A stretch of DNA of 64,000 bases, from the NCBI RefSeq assembly GCF_001447785.1, contig NW_015166417.1, positions 1,920,167 to 1,984,166 on the forward strand. The letters run 5' to 3'. Every line of letters starts with the position of its first letter. The first letter of the stretch is position 1. The notes beneath the pieces are model-generated. The model ran no database searches. It had not been told where the DNA came from and saw nothing but the letters and a program-made list of their open reading frames with translations. The DNA is from Gekko japonicus (taxonomy: Eukaryota). Shown piece after piece: positions 26,322-38,812 of this stretch. The position numbers and the translations under genes are program-made.

Positions 26322-26529
26322 TAGGGTTGCCAGCTCCGGGTTGGGAAATACCTGGTGATTTGGCGGGTATAACCTGAAAAGGGCAGGGTTTAGGGAGGGA
26401 CTTCCAAGGAGTCTAATGTGTCCACCTTCCACAGCAGCCATTTTCTCCAGGTGAACTGATCTTTGTCAGTTGAAGATCAGTTGTAACCCCAGGAGATCTC
26501 CAGCCACCACCCGGAGGTTGGCAAGCTTA
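26322..26529. mobile_element. hAT Blackjack-like MITE
   Basis: TAGGGTTGCCA...TGGCAAGCTTA; degenerate 8-bp TSD TTTGTACA/CTTGCACA. Confidence 0.72.
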
Positions 26530-27761
26530 CTTGCACATTCACAGCTTTTAATGTGGCCAGGCAGGGACAGGCATATGAAAATTTCAAAGGTGCAATGTGT
26601 TGTCTTTGCACACTATTCTGTGGTCCTTCCAATCACCTTCTATACCTGAGATCAATTGAGGTTAAAGGTAGAAAAAGTGATTGTCACACTTTATCTTAAA
26701 ATGCACAGCTTTCCCCTTTACCACGTTTCATATTACATTTCCTTTTTAAAAATAAAAGAGAGAGCAATCAAGAATACTTGTCATATTTTCTTTCTGTGCT
26801 GTGTGTGGCCAGGTTCAATCTTGTCTGGATGGTTCTTCTATTTTTAAAATGTGATGGGCGGGGGAGTGGGGAGGTGGAACATGTCTTTGTGGAATCCCCT
26901 GAGCTTTCTGACAATAATTAGTTTCACAGTAACCACCCAGCAGCATCAGAAGTGATTGACAAATAAATTAACTCTGACAGAAAGCAGCCTGATATAATCA
27001 AAAGCAGATAGCAATTTTCCTCAAGCAGCAGGCAATAAAAATGGAAGAAAAACTCCTAGATCACGTACAGGGAAATTTCCCTATCCTACTCTAAATCAGG
27101 AGCTCTGCTTTTACAACATATCCAGTTCTGTCCTGTATACCAACCGTTGTCTTTAATAAACTATGATCAAGAGCTTGTGCTCTACATGGCACTCATCAGT
27201 CTGAATGGATATGTTAGTTTGGTCTTTTACAGCTTTTTCGAAGAGACACTGGGCCAAGGGAAGCAGAATCACTACTAGGCAAATTAAGCAAATAAGAGTG
27301 CATTTAATTGTGCAGTGTGCACAGTCCAACTGTTTCATTCATGTGTAAAACTGTTTGAACACTGACATTTGGGAAAAGTTTTATTTTTAGGATGGCCATT
27401 GCCCAGGTAGGGGTGGGGTAAGTGTCCGGGGTTGGCACATCCACCCCTGCACTTACCCCAGGGGGACTGCAAGCTCCACCGAAGGCACGCTGTACCAGCA
27501 AGCCTCAAAGCCAGGGGTCATTTCGTAGAAAAAGAGCTGCAGGAGCTCATTAGCATAACTTATTAGCATATGCCACACCCCCTGACATCACTGGAAGTGT
27601 GTACCAGCCCCTCTGACAGGCAGAAGCACCTGGGATCCATTCTTTCCCCCCTCTCCCTTCCCTTCGCCTCCAAGTCGGGCGAAGGAAAAGGGGAGGAGGA
27701 GGATCTCAGGCGCTTCTGCCTGACAGAGGTGCTGGCATGCCCACAGCCAGCCTGGGTGAAT

Positions 27762-28070
27762 TATAGAATCATACTCATAGAGTCGGAAGGGACCTCCAGG
27801 GTCATCTAGTCCAACCCTCTGCACAATGCAGGGAATTCACCAATGCCCCCACACACCCCAGTGACCCCTGTTCCACGCCCAGAATATGATTTTAAAAACC
27901 CTCCAGGATCACTGGGGGACAAACTGGCCTGGAGAAAAATTGCTTCCTGGCCCCAAAGTGGCGATCAGCATTTCCCTGGGCGTGTAAGAAAGGGCCACAA
28001 GAACTAAGCACTGATGCAACCCTTCCTGCTCTACCTCTCGTGATTTGCCTAAGTTCACACAATCAGCATT
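27762..28070 (-). mobile_element. CR1 LINE 3' end
   Basis: The - strand reads GGTTGGACTAGATGACCCTGGAGGTCCCTTCC..CTCTATGA..GATTCTAT, the CR1 hairpin plus ATTCTRTG-type tail. Confidence 0.75.
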
Positions 28071-30654
28071 ATGATCCTTTTAAAGTTGAAAGCATGATAT
28101 AAATGCAAAGGACTATTTGTAAGGTTATCTGTAAGACACAAGACCAGGACACATCTCACTTCTGGCAATCACTTGGAGAGACTCTATCACTCAGCTTCCA
28201 TTGCCCCACACACACCCCACACTGGAATAAGAACATAATATCAGGCCATAGCACATTGCAATAAAGCCCCTACAACTGTATACAGAAATACAGAAATACT
28301 TCCCTACCATTTGCCACAACTAGCCCACCACACAACCAGGATCAAGACTCCTAAGTGGACCAACAGAAAGGCATACACTCGTTTGAGAAACTGAGTATTA
28401 CATTACAACACCTCTGGAACATTACAGATCAGTAGAGGCAGCACTGCACAGTGGTCAGAGTTGCAGATTGATGTGGGGAGACCCAGGTTTGTATTCTCAC
28501 TCTGCTGGCTGAGTGACCCCAGGCCAAATCTCCCCTTCTCTAGCTAACCTACCCCACAGGGTTGTTGTGAGGATGAAATGGAGACTCATGGGCAGGGTCC
28601 CCAGTTCCGCTGGCAGGAACACTATGTTAAGAAATCTCTCACAATTATGCAGCCATAGCAGGCAGGAGGGAAGGAAGCGAATACCTCCAGCGCCAGAGAC
28701 TTGTAGAGGAAGAGTCAAACTTTGGGGACTCACCCGTGCAACAGAGGGCCAAGGCAGCAGGAGGCAAGAAGCCTGGGCGAGCTGGGCTCCTCCATGCCTG
28801 GCAGAAGATGAGGTGCAGAGGCAAGAGGTGGGCAAGCAGAAGAGGCACTCAGCCAGCCACACAAGCTGCGTGCAAAGAAACTCCCACCGCCCCAAGCTTA
28901 AGGCCTCCTTGTTAAAGGAGTGCGGAGGCCAGACTCGCAAATGAGAAAAAAGCAAGCTCAGAGTTCGTGGGTCACATTTTGGACTCTGGAAGAGGAACCA
29001 GCTCCATTCCTGGAGTTCTCTCGAGTTCCTGCGCTTTTGGTTTTGCTTTTTGCCAATCCACCTTCCAAGACTGCTCCAGGTGCTCCGGCCTGAGGGCTGT
29101 TGGGGGCGGGGCTCGAGTGCTCATTACTTGTGGAGCTGAGGCTCAATGTCTCCAGCTGCTCCACCACCTTCCCTTCCCTTGGTTTGCACAGGGTGCCCGA
29201 GCAAGCCGGCTGCTGGAGGGAAGGAGAGGCAGTTTAAACCACCTTCCCTTCCCTCGGCTTGCTCAGGATCCCCACAGCTGCAGAGAGCCCGAGCAAGCCG
29301 GCGGCTGGAGGGATGTGGATTCTTCCCAAAAAACACTTTTGGGTAAACTCAGCTTTCCTAGGATGAGAAAAGGTCTCCTCATGGATTCATAAATAACTAG
29401 ACAACAGGAAGAAGTTAGGAATAATTGACTATTTCTCACAAGTCAGGAAAGCAAGCAGTGGGATCCCTGGGCATCTACACCATTGCTATTTAATTTGTTC
29501 TCAAAGGATCTGGAAAAGAGCATGACCAATGAGACTGTTCAGTGATAAAGACAACAAAACTTTTCAAATGATCACCTGCAGGGCCAAGCATCCTACATTT
29601 CCATATATACTGTTAGAATCTGAACTGGCATTGACAGACCATGAAAGACACTTGAACTCTCAGGTTTATTAAACAGTCAACAAAACTTTTTGTAATACAG
29701 CCATTAAACAAAATGATAGCATTTGTTCGTGTTTGTTTAACAGAATTCTTTTGACATCTGGGATATAATTTCAATGGCCAAATAAAAAAAAATATATAGC
29801 TACTTTTCAGTAATATTTCCCAGCAAGAAGGGCCGCTAGCTCTCCTGCTGAACAGACTGGTACCATAGTCAAGAGTGGAGCAATTACTTCATTTTCAACT
29901 CCTTCCAAAAGGTAAGGGCAAACCAGCTCCACTTCTTACTTACCCTGAAAGCCCTTTTGCTGGGGTTACCATATGTAAATAACTCCTACTAAAAAAACCC
30001 ACACGGGCTACATTCTCTCATCCAAACACTGCAAGGACACGATAGTTTATTTGAAGGGATACACTTGTACCAACCCACAAGGGTTGCTGATGGCAAAACA
30101 TGACAACATGTTAATAGAAAATCTCTTCTATATTTTGGTACACTGAAATGTTTTAAGCAGTTTGCATGCTTCTTAAGTAGGTAGTGGTGGATAGCTCAAA
30201 GCTGGCTTGGATATGGTATGAAAGGCACATTCTGCTCTATGGATTATTAGGAAAGTGGTTGATAATAAAATTGTAATGCCTTTGTATAGATATGTGAGAC
30301 TGCTTTGGAATACTTATAGTACCAAGTGCTATATTAGAATAAGTGTTTCCTGAATATAAGAACTGCCAGACTGGGTTACTAATACTTCTTAGGTCAGCAG
30401 CTGCTGCCAGTATCCAATATATCACAGAAAGCACCCAGGAAACAGTGCCATTTGTAGTGAGCTGTTCTTTGACATTCAGTCCTAATTTCTAGCAAAAAAA
30501 ATTAGCATCTTTTGACTGGGTATTAATGCCATTCCCTTCGTACAATAGATATATTGGTGCATTTAGTACATGATTAATATAATATTAGTTAACAGTGGTT
30601 ATTTTTATTGCTTTGGGGCAATGTGATCAGGCAGGTGAAGGCCAAGCAACTCCA

Positions 30655-30905
30655 GGTATTTCTGGATGACATGTCTGCCTTTGAGCCATTTCAGTCTGGC
30701 TTCAGGCAAAACTATGGGACTGAGACTACACTGGAAGCACTGGCAGACGGATAGAGGTAATGTCTCCCTGTTGATCCTTCTTGATATATATATATCAGCA
30801 GCTCTTGACACAGTAGATAGTGCCGTTTTGCTTCATCATCTTGAACAGCAGGTTGAAATATGTGGAATGGTATTGTATCAATTTTGCTCTGTGGTAGGCA
30901 GGATG
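30655..30905 (+). mobile_element. L2-type RT fragment (degenerate)
   Basis: PFQSGFR..GTETTL and LLILLD..SAALDTVD..VLLHHLE motifs across frames. Confidence 0.7.
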
Positions 30906-31123
30906 CTCAAGAAGTATACTATGGTTAGTGGCATCACAAGCTGTTGGTCTAGAAGCAACGGGACTGTACACCTCCTATTCATCTCCCAGTGTATCTCATC
31001 CACTAAGGCACCCATGACTGCTTTTGTTCCCAAACCCAAGCTGGAAGTTAGATGGAAAGGGATCCAGTTATGCGGTTTCATTCAGGAAACTGTGGAATTG
31101 ACTTGCCTTTACATGCTCTAAGA

Positions 31124-31442
31124 CAGTGGTAGCGAACCTATCGCACGGGTGCCAGAGGTGGCACTCAGAGCCCTCTCTGTGGGCACATGTCCCATCGCCC
31201 CAGCCAGGGCCAGACCATCATTAAAGTGTCGCATTCTCTGCCAAATGATTTTAAGTAAATAAAAGCATTTGGGATTGCTTTCCTTACTTTGTTTGGATCA
31301 TCTTAAGTTAATGTATGAGTTGTTTTTTCTAAAGTAAAACCTCAGTATTCAGGTTAAATTGCCGTGTTGGCACTTTGCAATAAATAAGTGGGTTTTGGGT
31401 CGCAGTTTGGGCGCTCGGTCTCTAAAAGGTTCACCATCACTG
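31124..31442. mobile_element. hAT (Charlie-group) non-autonomous transposon
   Basis: TIR CAGTG(G/A)T(A/G)G(C/T)GAACCT; perfect TSD CTCTAAGA at 31116-31123 and 31443-31450. Confidence 0.88.
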
Positions 31443-31843
31443 CTCTAAGACATTGCTGAAATATAGGGCAGCGACTGCTAACTGTGGCGATGTCCCATGG
31501 CATAATGTTCCAGGAGTATAAGCAAATTAATTTTTTGCACAGGATGACACGTTTATTCCCTTTCTTGATAAATGGCTAGCAGGAAATTGCATTGTGTATA
31601 TTCTTGTTACTGTGTTCTGTGAAATGGTAAATGGTGGGCTCACTACACGATCAGAGCTTGGATTCTGAAACGGAGGTCTTTCAAGCCTTTTAAAATTACA
31701 TATCTCCAGTAATAACTACAAGACCTGGTGGAATTCTCTGCCAAATACCATCAGGGCCCTGCGGGATCTTATGCAATTCCGCAAGGCCTGTAAGGCAGAG
31801 ATGTTCCGCCAGGCATTCGGTTGAGGACAGCAACGGTTAACAT

Positions 31844-32205
31844 CAGGGCTATTTTTGGGCAGGAACGCACAGGAACGGAGTTCCGGCTGGCTCCCAAGTT
31901 GACTACGCCCAGCAGGAACTCATTAGCATAACAGGCCACACCCAACAGCAGAAACTCATTAGGATTGGCTACATTAGGGGTGTGTGGCCTAACATGCAAA
32001 GGGTTTTGACCACAAACAAGGTAAACAGAATAATAAGCAAAAGGTGGGTGTGGCTGGATGACCACACTTCTGGTAACATGGGGGTGTGGCCTAATGAGCT
32101 GTGCTGTCAGGGGTGTGGCCCAATATGCTAATGAGTTCCTGCTGTTGGGTGTGGCCTGTTATGCTAATGAGTTCCTGCTGGGCTTTTTCTACAAAAAGAG
32201 CCCTG
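31844..32205. mobile_element. hAT MITE inserted in an L2 3' end (about 31750-32452)
   Basis: CAGGGCT...AGCCCTG TIR; perfect TSD GTTAACAT at 31836-31843 and 32206-32213. Confidence 0.88.
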
Positions 32206-33204
32206 GTTAACATCATGGCTGGTACCCTATCTGGACCCTTATTCCTTATAGAACTTACTCTCCCCTGAGTGTGTGAAGCACTCACATACCAGATATATTA
32301 GGGAGCTACAAAATTTTGCCACTTGCTTTTAATTATTGTATGTGATTGGACTTGGTTTTTATGTTTTTTATGATTTTAGAACTCTTGTACATCGCCTAGA
32401 GCCCCAAAATTGTGGGGATAGGCGATTAATAAGTGGAAACAAACAAACAAATAATTGTAAGCTGCCTTGAAACACTAGGAAAGGTGGAATATAAATGTTT
32501 TAATAAATGAATAAAATGAATAATTATGTAATCCAGTTTTGGTATGGTTAATTCTTTGCATTATCAGAGGTAAAATAGTATCCAAGTGCAGTAAGGCAAA
32601 AGTTAGCAACAGTGGTTAAGATTTCAGTGTAAGGGCTGTGTATCTAAGATGTCTACTTATATTAATTATGTACCTGCGTTATCTTTTAAATTAGTGTATT
32701 AGGTTTTGTTTTAGTTGTACTAAATACAAACCTTTCCCATTTTGGCATACAGTTTTTGACTCCCAAACATCCAAATTCATTGGGGAAGAAGTCAGAAGGA
32801 AAGAAAAAAAGAAATTGATTTTGCTGTCTGATTGAATTGCTTTTTACATTTTGTAATCCACCTTGAGTCTCAGTGGGAAAGTGGGGCTATAAATGAAGTC
32901 AATAATAATTAAAATATTGAGGAAAGAGGCACAGTGATGGAGTGATCAGGGATCTCTTTGATATGTTGCTTCTGTACTAGAGCTCATCAAAGGATTCTGG
33001 ATAAATGAGCCAGATTTTATATTTGTCAGAGATTTCCCTTCATCACACTGTTCAAATACATTAATGTGCATTCCCCTAATACCACTGTTAAAGCTCTAGA
33101 AGGCCAACACTGTTTGCATTTTTATATATATTCAAATTTATAGCTGCAGCTATGGCATACACCCAGTGTTATTTGTTTTATCTATTTTTTGGTATTTTTA
33201 AAAG

Positions 33205-33627
33205 TGTGTGCATGCACATGTGTGCACCTGGAAGTCATGGTGACCTCTGGTGACTGACCCCTACTGGGAACCTGGAGGATATTCAGAGAGGTGGCTGAAT
33301 AAAGCCTGCCCCCCCGCCTCCCAAATGCTGGTATTCCAAGGAGGTCTCCCATCCAAGGACTGTGCCCCCCTCAAAAAGAAGACCTGCTACAGAAAGAAAA
33401 GGGTGCCTGGTAAGGCTTCTCACCTCCCTACCTATATGTGGCCCAAGATTAGGACTGTGTCAATTAATTAGAATTGTAAGCCGCTCAGAGCCCCGGGGGG
33501 GGGGGGGTAAGCGGGATAGGAAATCGAAGGAAATAAATAAATAAATAAATAAATAAATACGTACTTGCCAGAGTTGACCCTGTGTAGCTTCCAAAATCGG
33601 GCTTGCCTGGGCTATCCAAGTCAGGGC
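33205..33627 (-). mobile_element. 5S rRNA-derived SINE (SINE3), interrupted at about 33362-33561 by an L2-tailed insert
   Basis: The - strand has GCCCGAT..GGAAGCTA.ACAGGGTC..CTGGCAAGTA / CTTGGATGGGAGACC..TGGAATACC, matching 5S box A and box C, followed by a non-5S body. Confidence 0.78.
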
Positions 33628-33633
33628 ACCTTT

Positions 33634-34415
33634 GTTTTATTTTTATTTTATTTTATTTATTTATTTTTCACATTTATATCTTGTAAACGGGCTCAGGGCG
33701 GGTCACAACATTTCAATAAGTACAATAAAATTTAAAACACATTAAAACATATAAAATCAGTAGTCATGCTTGCCGTAGGGAGAATCCGGCCCATTGATGT
33801 AACTAGGTATGGCCGGTTATCAGTAGGTGGGCGATCACAACCTGGGGGGGGGGCTATATGTGGACACCTGCTGCCTCAGCCAAAGGCCTGGCGGAACAGC
33901 TCCGTCTTGCAGGCCCTGCGGAATTGCATAAGATCCCGCAGGGCCCTGATCTCAGTAGGGGGCATGTTCCACCAGGTGGGGGCCAGGGCAGAAAAAGCCC
34001 TGGCCCTGGTCGAGGCTAGGTGGACATCCTTTGGGCCAGGGATCACCAGGAGATGTTGACTCTCAGAGAGTAATGCTCTCCGAGGCGTATATGTGAAGAG
34101 GAGGTCCCTTAGGTATGTTGGGCCCAGGCCGTATAAGGCTTTGAAGGTGATTGCCAACACCTTGAAGCAGATCCGGTACTCAACCGGCAACCAATGCAGC
34201 TGACAGAGCACATGTCAAACGTGAGCCCGCACAGGCGTTGATGTCAGCAGGCACGCCGCCGCATTTTGTACCAGCTGTAATTTCTGGATCAGCTTCAAGG
34301 GGAAGTCTGCATAGAGCGAGTTGCAGTAATCAAGCCTGGAAGTGACCATTGCATGGGTCACCGCCGTAGCTAAGTCCTGGGGGGAGAGAGAGGGCTTCAG
34401 TAGTGTGATCTGCCT
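33634..34415 (-). mobile_element. L2-type LINE 3' fragment
   Basis: ORF 33876-34211 (QLHWLPVEYRICFKVL...RAFSALAPTWWN...TELFRQAF); (TAAA)n tail. Confidence 0.88.
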
Positions 34416-35023
34416 AATTTTATCTATTTGATTGATTTAGAAATGTGACAGCCTTTTTTGGTCACAATATTCAGACCCACACACAAACAGTTGTGAAAAC
34501 ATAAAACCGACATTTAAAAAACACAAAAGCATATTACAAAGCAGCACCAAAAAACGATGTTGTTAAGTTAAAAACTGGATTCCCGCATTTTTATGGAAAT
34601 GCCTTTGAAAGGTTTTTTTAAACCCTTGCAATAGAAACTAAGCAGAGATATAGATTGGGGCAGGAGTTCTACAACAAAAGTGTTACCGCTTGGAATCTCA
34701 TACTGATGTATATTGAGGGACATGGAGGAGGCCCAACCCTGAGGGTCTTAATTGACACTCCTGTAGAGCCCAAGCTGCATTTCCTATTTTCAAGTTTGAA
34801 AAGGTTTAATTACAGTTTGCTAATTAATTACATTCTGCTAAAATGTGTAAATTAGCTACAGTGATCGGTTTCATTTTGTGCTGGCCATATGTCCCCCCTT
34901 TCTGAACAAGCTACTCAGTCTTGTTTTAATCACTGCAAGGAATTAGTTAACTTTTGCTAACTGCAGCTCTTCCCACTGTGATACTGCAGTAATGGAAGAA
35001 ATCACACCTGTAAGTCTTTGGGT

Positions 35024-35370
35024 TGTTGGAGGAGAGTTCTACGGATATGGACCATGAAAAAGACAAATAAGTGGGTTCTAGATCAAATCAAGCCTGAACT
35101 CTCCCTTAGAAGCTAGAATGACCAAAGTGAGACAAACATACTTTGGTCACATTATGGGAAGACAAGACTCACCAGAATATACAATAATGCTACCCAAGAA
35201 AAAAAATAGAAGGCAGCAGGAAAAGAGGACTCAACATGAGATTGACTCAATAAAGGAAGCCACGACCCTCAGACTTGAGCAAGGCTGTTAAGGATAGGAA
35301 GTTTTGGAGATCATTAATTCATAGAGTTGCCATGAGTTGAAAGTGACTTGACGGCACTTAACATACACTC
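35024..35370 (+). mobile_element. Older RTE/Bov-B-like LINE 3' fragment
   Basis: CWRRVLR..W....TNKWVLDQIKPELSL and YFGHIM motifs with frameshifts. Confidence 0.75.
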
Positions 35371-35444
35371 AAGTCTCTCCCGATGCAATCCTAAAAACGC
35401 TTTCCTGAGAGTAAGCCCCATTGAGTAGACATTTGTTGGATTAG

Positions 35445-36372
35445 ATTATTTATTGATTAGATTTTTAGTCACCACTCACCCAAGTGGACTTGCAGCAACT
35501 TTCTACATTAAAACCATACAAATAAGTTAAAAACAACATAAAAACAGATAACAGATATAAGATATTAACATTAAAATGTTAAAACTAATAAAATATGTGG
35601 CTAGAACCATACCAATAACAAAAACAACCCAAACGTGGATTACACTCCGAAGGCCAATCTAAATTATTCAGTCGTACATGTCCTGCAGAAACTAAAGAAG
35701 GCCAGCAGGGTACGGGTATCATCTGAGAGTACATTCCACAGGGTAGGGGCTACAACTGAGAGGCCTTTCCCCTGGGGACAGCTAAGTAAGCCATCCTGGG
35801 GTTGGGCACTTGCAAGAAGCCCCTAGAGGATGACTGAACGGAGCATGGGGGTTGTAACAGGAGAGATGGCACCATAGGTATGAGGGTCCTATACAGTTAA
35901 GGGCTTTAAAGGTCAACCCCAACACCTTGAATTGGAACCAGAGACCAATTGGTAGCCAGTGCAGCTGCCGCAGAACTGGAGTAATATGAGCTGACCTTGA
36001 TGTTCCAGTCAGCAACCTGCCAGCTGCATTCTGAACCACCTGCAGTCTCCAAAGTGTTTTCAAGGGTAACCCTATGTAGAGGAAATTGCAGTAGTCCAAT
36101 CTGGAAGTGACCATTGCATGGATCGATGTGGCAAGTTCTGACCCAGACGGGCTGGCATTGGTGAAAAAACATTGACCATGCTACCACAGACATTGGTTTA
36201 TCCAGTGACAGCACAGAATCCATCCATACTCTTTACAGAGTCTACAGCTGTCAGCTGGACACCATCAAGTCTTGGGAGTGACCATCCAGCTAGCATCCTA
36301 GTCTTTCCCAGCCACATGACTTCAGTCTTGGATGGATTCAACTTCAGCCAACTTCTCCTTACTCAGTGGACT
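35445..36372 (-). mobile_element. L2-type LINE 3' fragment
   Basis: ORF 35782-36114 (VTSRLDYCN..LQVVQNAAGRLLTG..HITPVLRQLHWLP). Confidence 0.88.
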
Positions 36373-37273
36373 GCTAGGAGGGTTGTTAGCCTCCAGGTGG
36401 TGGCTGGAGATCTCCTGGGATTACAACTGATCTCCGACTTGCAGCGATCAGTTCACCTGGAGAAAATGGCTGCTTTGGAATGTGGACTCTCTCCTCCCCA
36501 AATCCCACCCTCCTCAGGCTCCACCCCCAAAATCTTCAGATATTTCCCAACCCAGATTAGGCAACCCTGCATCCAGGCACTGGGATAGTGCCGAGAGTCC
36601 TGCCATCAGCTGCTTATCCAGCAGGAGGAAGAGCTCAGTAGGATTTTGAGTAGACCTGCTATGGATTGCACTGCCAGATAACTTACTATCTGAAAGACTT
36701 CTCTTCCTGTATGGATTCTGGCAATTATGCCTGCAGAGAAGAGTTAGAAGTCTGAGCACCAGGTTCCAGAAATCTGTGTTGTTCATTCTTGTGGCTTCTG
36801 AAAGGAGAGAAGGTGCTTTTACTAGTACCTCGCAAAACAATAGAAAAGTGCTGATTTATGTACTAATGCCATGGACTATAGGACAACTCGGTAGACCTAT
36901 TGCAGGCCCCTCTAATGAGGATTCACCAGGGATGGCCCCGGAACAAAACAAAGCAGAAAGTACCACAGATGCAAGTCTGAGTCCCCTCTCACAACCATTT
37001 TGTTTTGGCCAGGTGCACATATAGTGAAGGTAAGAAGGAAAGCAGGAAGCCCCTTCATTAAAGGGGAACCTCCACATGATGTGTTGCTTATTCCCAGCAC
37101 TACATTTGGCGTTCCTGAGGATTTACCCTTTAAACCAAATTAAAAATAAATCAGCTCACAGACAATTTGCAGAGGGACTGCGTCTGTTGGACACTCCCTC
37201 CAGCGAAGACAATGGGGCTAAGCTCTGATTTCGAAATAGCATGGGACAGCTCAGTGCTGCTGACTCCCCCCCC

Positions 37274-37454
37274 NNNNNNNNNNNNNNNNNNNNNNNNNNN
37301 NNNNNNNNNNNNNNNNNNNNNNNNNNNNNNNNNNNNNNNNNNNNNNNNNNNNNNNNNNNNNNNNNNNNNNNNNNNNNNNNNNNNNNNNNNNNNNNNNNNN
37401 NNNNNNNNNNNNNNNNNNNNNNNNNNNNNNNNNNNNNNNNNNNNNNNNNNNNNN
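37274..37454. other. Assembly gap (181 N)
   Basis: Run of N. Confidence 1.
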
Positions 37455-37925
37455 GCGGGGCCACAATCATCCGAGGGAAAACTCTATGGTTTTCCCTCGG
37501 ATTATTGTGGCCCCGCCCCCAAGGTGCCCGACGTGATTGCGTCACTTCTGGGTGATGTCATTGCAGCGTGCGCACGCTTCGCACGCACACATAGACTTCC
37601 AGACCAGCACAGGACTCCCCCGCTCTTCATGAGGTAAGGACTTGGCAACCCTAAATGAGAAAATGGGGGGAGACTATTGGTTGGGCAGTTACAGCAGGAA
37701 GTGGTGTGGGAATAAAGGTGTATAAATGCTGTTTCCCCCATTCCCCCGTTGCTGGCTGTTTCTGCCCTACTAGGTTTTTATGCCCTATAGAAACACAGCC
37801 TTACTCAGTATCCCAAATTATGCTAGGGTGTGGGATTGTGGTGGGAGAGCACTGTACTTTCACTCTGTATGTGTTTACAGGGATTTTTAAAGCTGTGCCA
37901 GGGCCATTGACAACAACAATGGTGC

Positions 37926-38205
37926 TAGGGTTCCCAAGTACTTACCGTGATCTGGCAGGGAAAACATGCTCCCCCGCCGGACCATTCCTCCTTGTAACAT
38001 ACCATACCGTCGCCAGGAAGTGACGATAGGTGACGGCCACGCTCTGGCAATGGGACTGAAAACTCGATGGTACCATTGCCAGAGTGTCGCCCGGTGTCAC
38101 TTCCTGGCGACGGCATCGTGCAGCGTGTCTGTTGTCCCCGCAGGAATGATCCTGCAAGGACGTCTGTGTCCCCCGCTGAATCACGGTAAGTACTTGGGAA
38201 GCCTC
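37926..38205 (+). mobile_element. hAT MITE (AGG(G/C)TTCCCAAGTACTT TIR), copy 1
   Basis: TIR of about 25 bp; reverse-complement homologue at 39636-39926. Confidence 0.8.
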
Positions 38206-38565
38206 AGGTTACACTAATATGGTATGGCTTAGCGTGGGCATATCTCCAGAAACACCAGAGTATCTTTAAGATATATCAGTATATTATCAAAGTGTGCCAG
38301 TCAAGTTTCATTGCCATCCTAAGTCATTCAGGAGCAGAACTTGAGATGGCACTGCTGAATATGGCCTACAAAGAGAGAACTACAACACAGGTTATTTGTG
38401 TGTTCTAAGCATAAAAAAGGTTGTTTGTCATAGTTGGAGAGGGTAGCCATGTTAGTCTGCAGTTGAACAGCTATTGAAGTCTAGTACCATCTTGTTGGTC
38501 TCTAGCTGTTCCCCTGTCATGTGTCTCTGTTTCTGAAGCTTAAAACAATGCATCTCTAAGCGGTA

Positions 38566-38812
38566 CCAGTTCGGTGTAGTGGTTAACAGCAGCAGACTCT
38601 AATCTGGAGAACCAGGTTTGATTCCCCATTCCTCCACAGAAGCCTGCTGGGTGACCTTGGGGCTGTCACATTTCTCTCAGAGCTCTCTCAGCCCTACCTA
38701 CCTCACAGGGTGTCTGTTTTGGGGAGGGGAAGGGAAAGGAGATTGTAAGCAGCTCTGGTACTCTGAGTGAAGGGCAGGATATAAATCCAATCTCCTCTTC
38801 TTCCTCTCTTCT
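38566..38812 (+). mobile_element. Squam3-type SINE
   Basis: A and B boxes plus a TCTT tail, as in the other copies. Confidence 0.78.

Noticed and set aside
32080-32180. CRISPR-like short repeats
   Set aside because: These are MITE subterminal repeats in vertebrate DNA, with no unique spacers or cas genes.
33330-33627. 5S rRNA gene, and tRNA genes at the SINE heads
   Set aside because: They are degenerate, interrupted and fused to SINE bodies.
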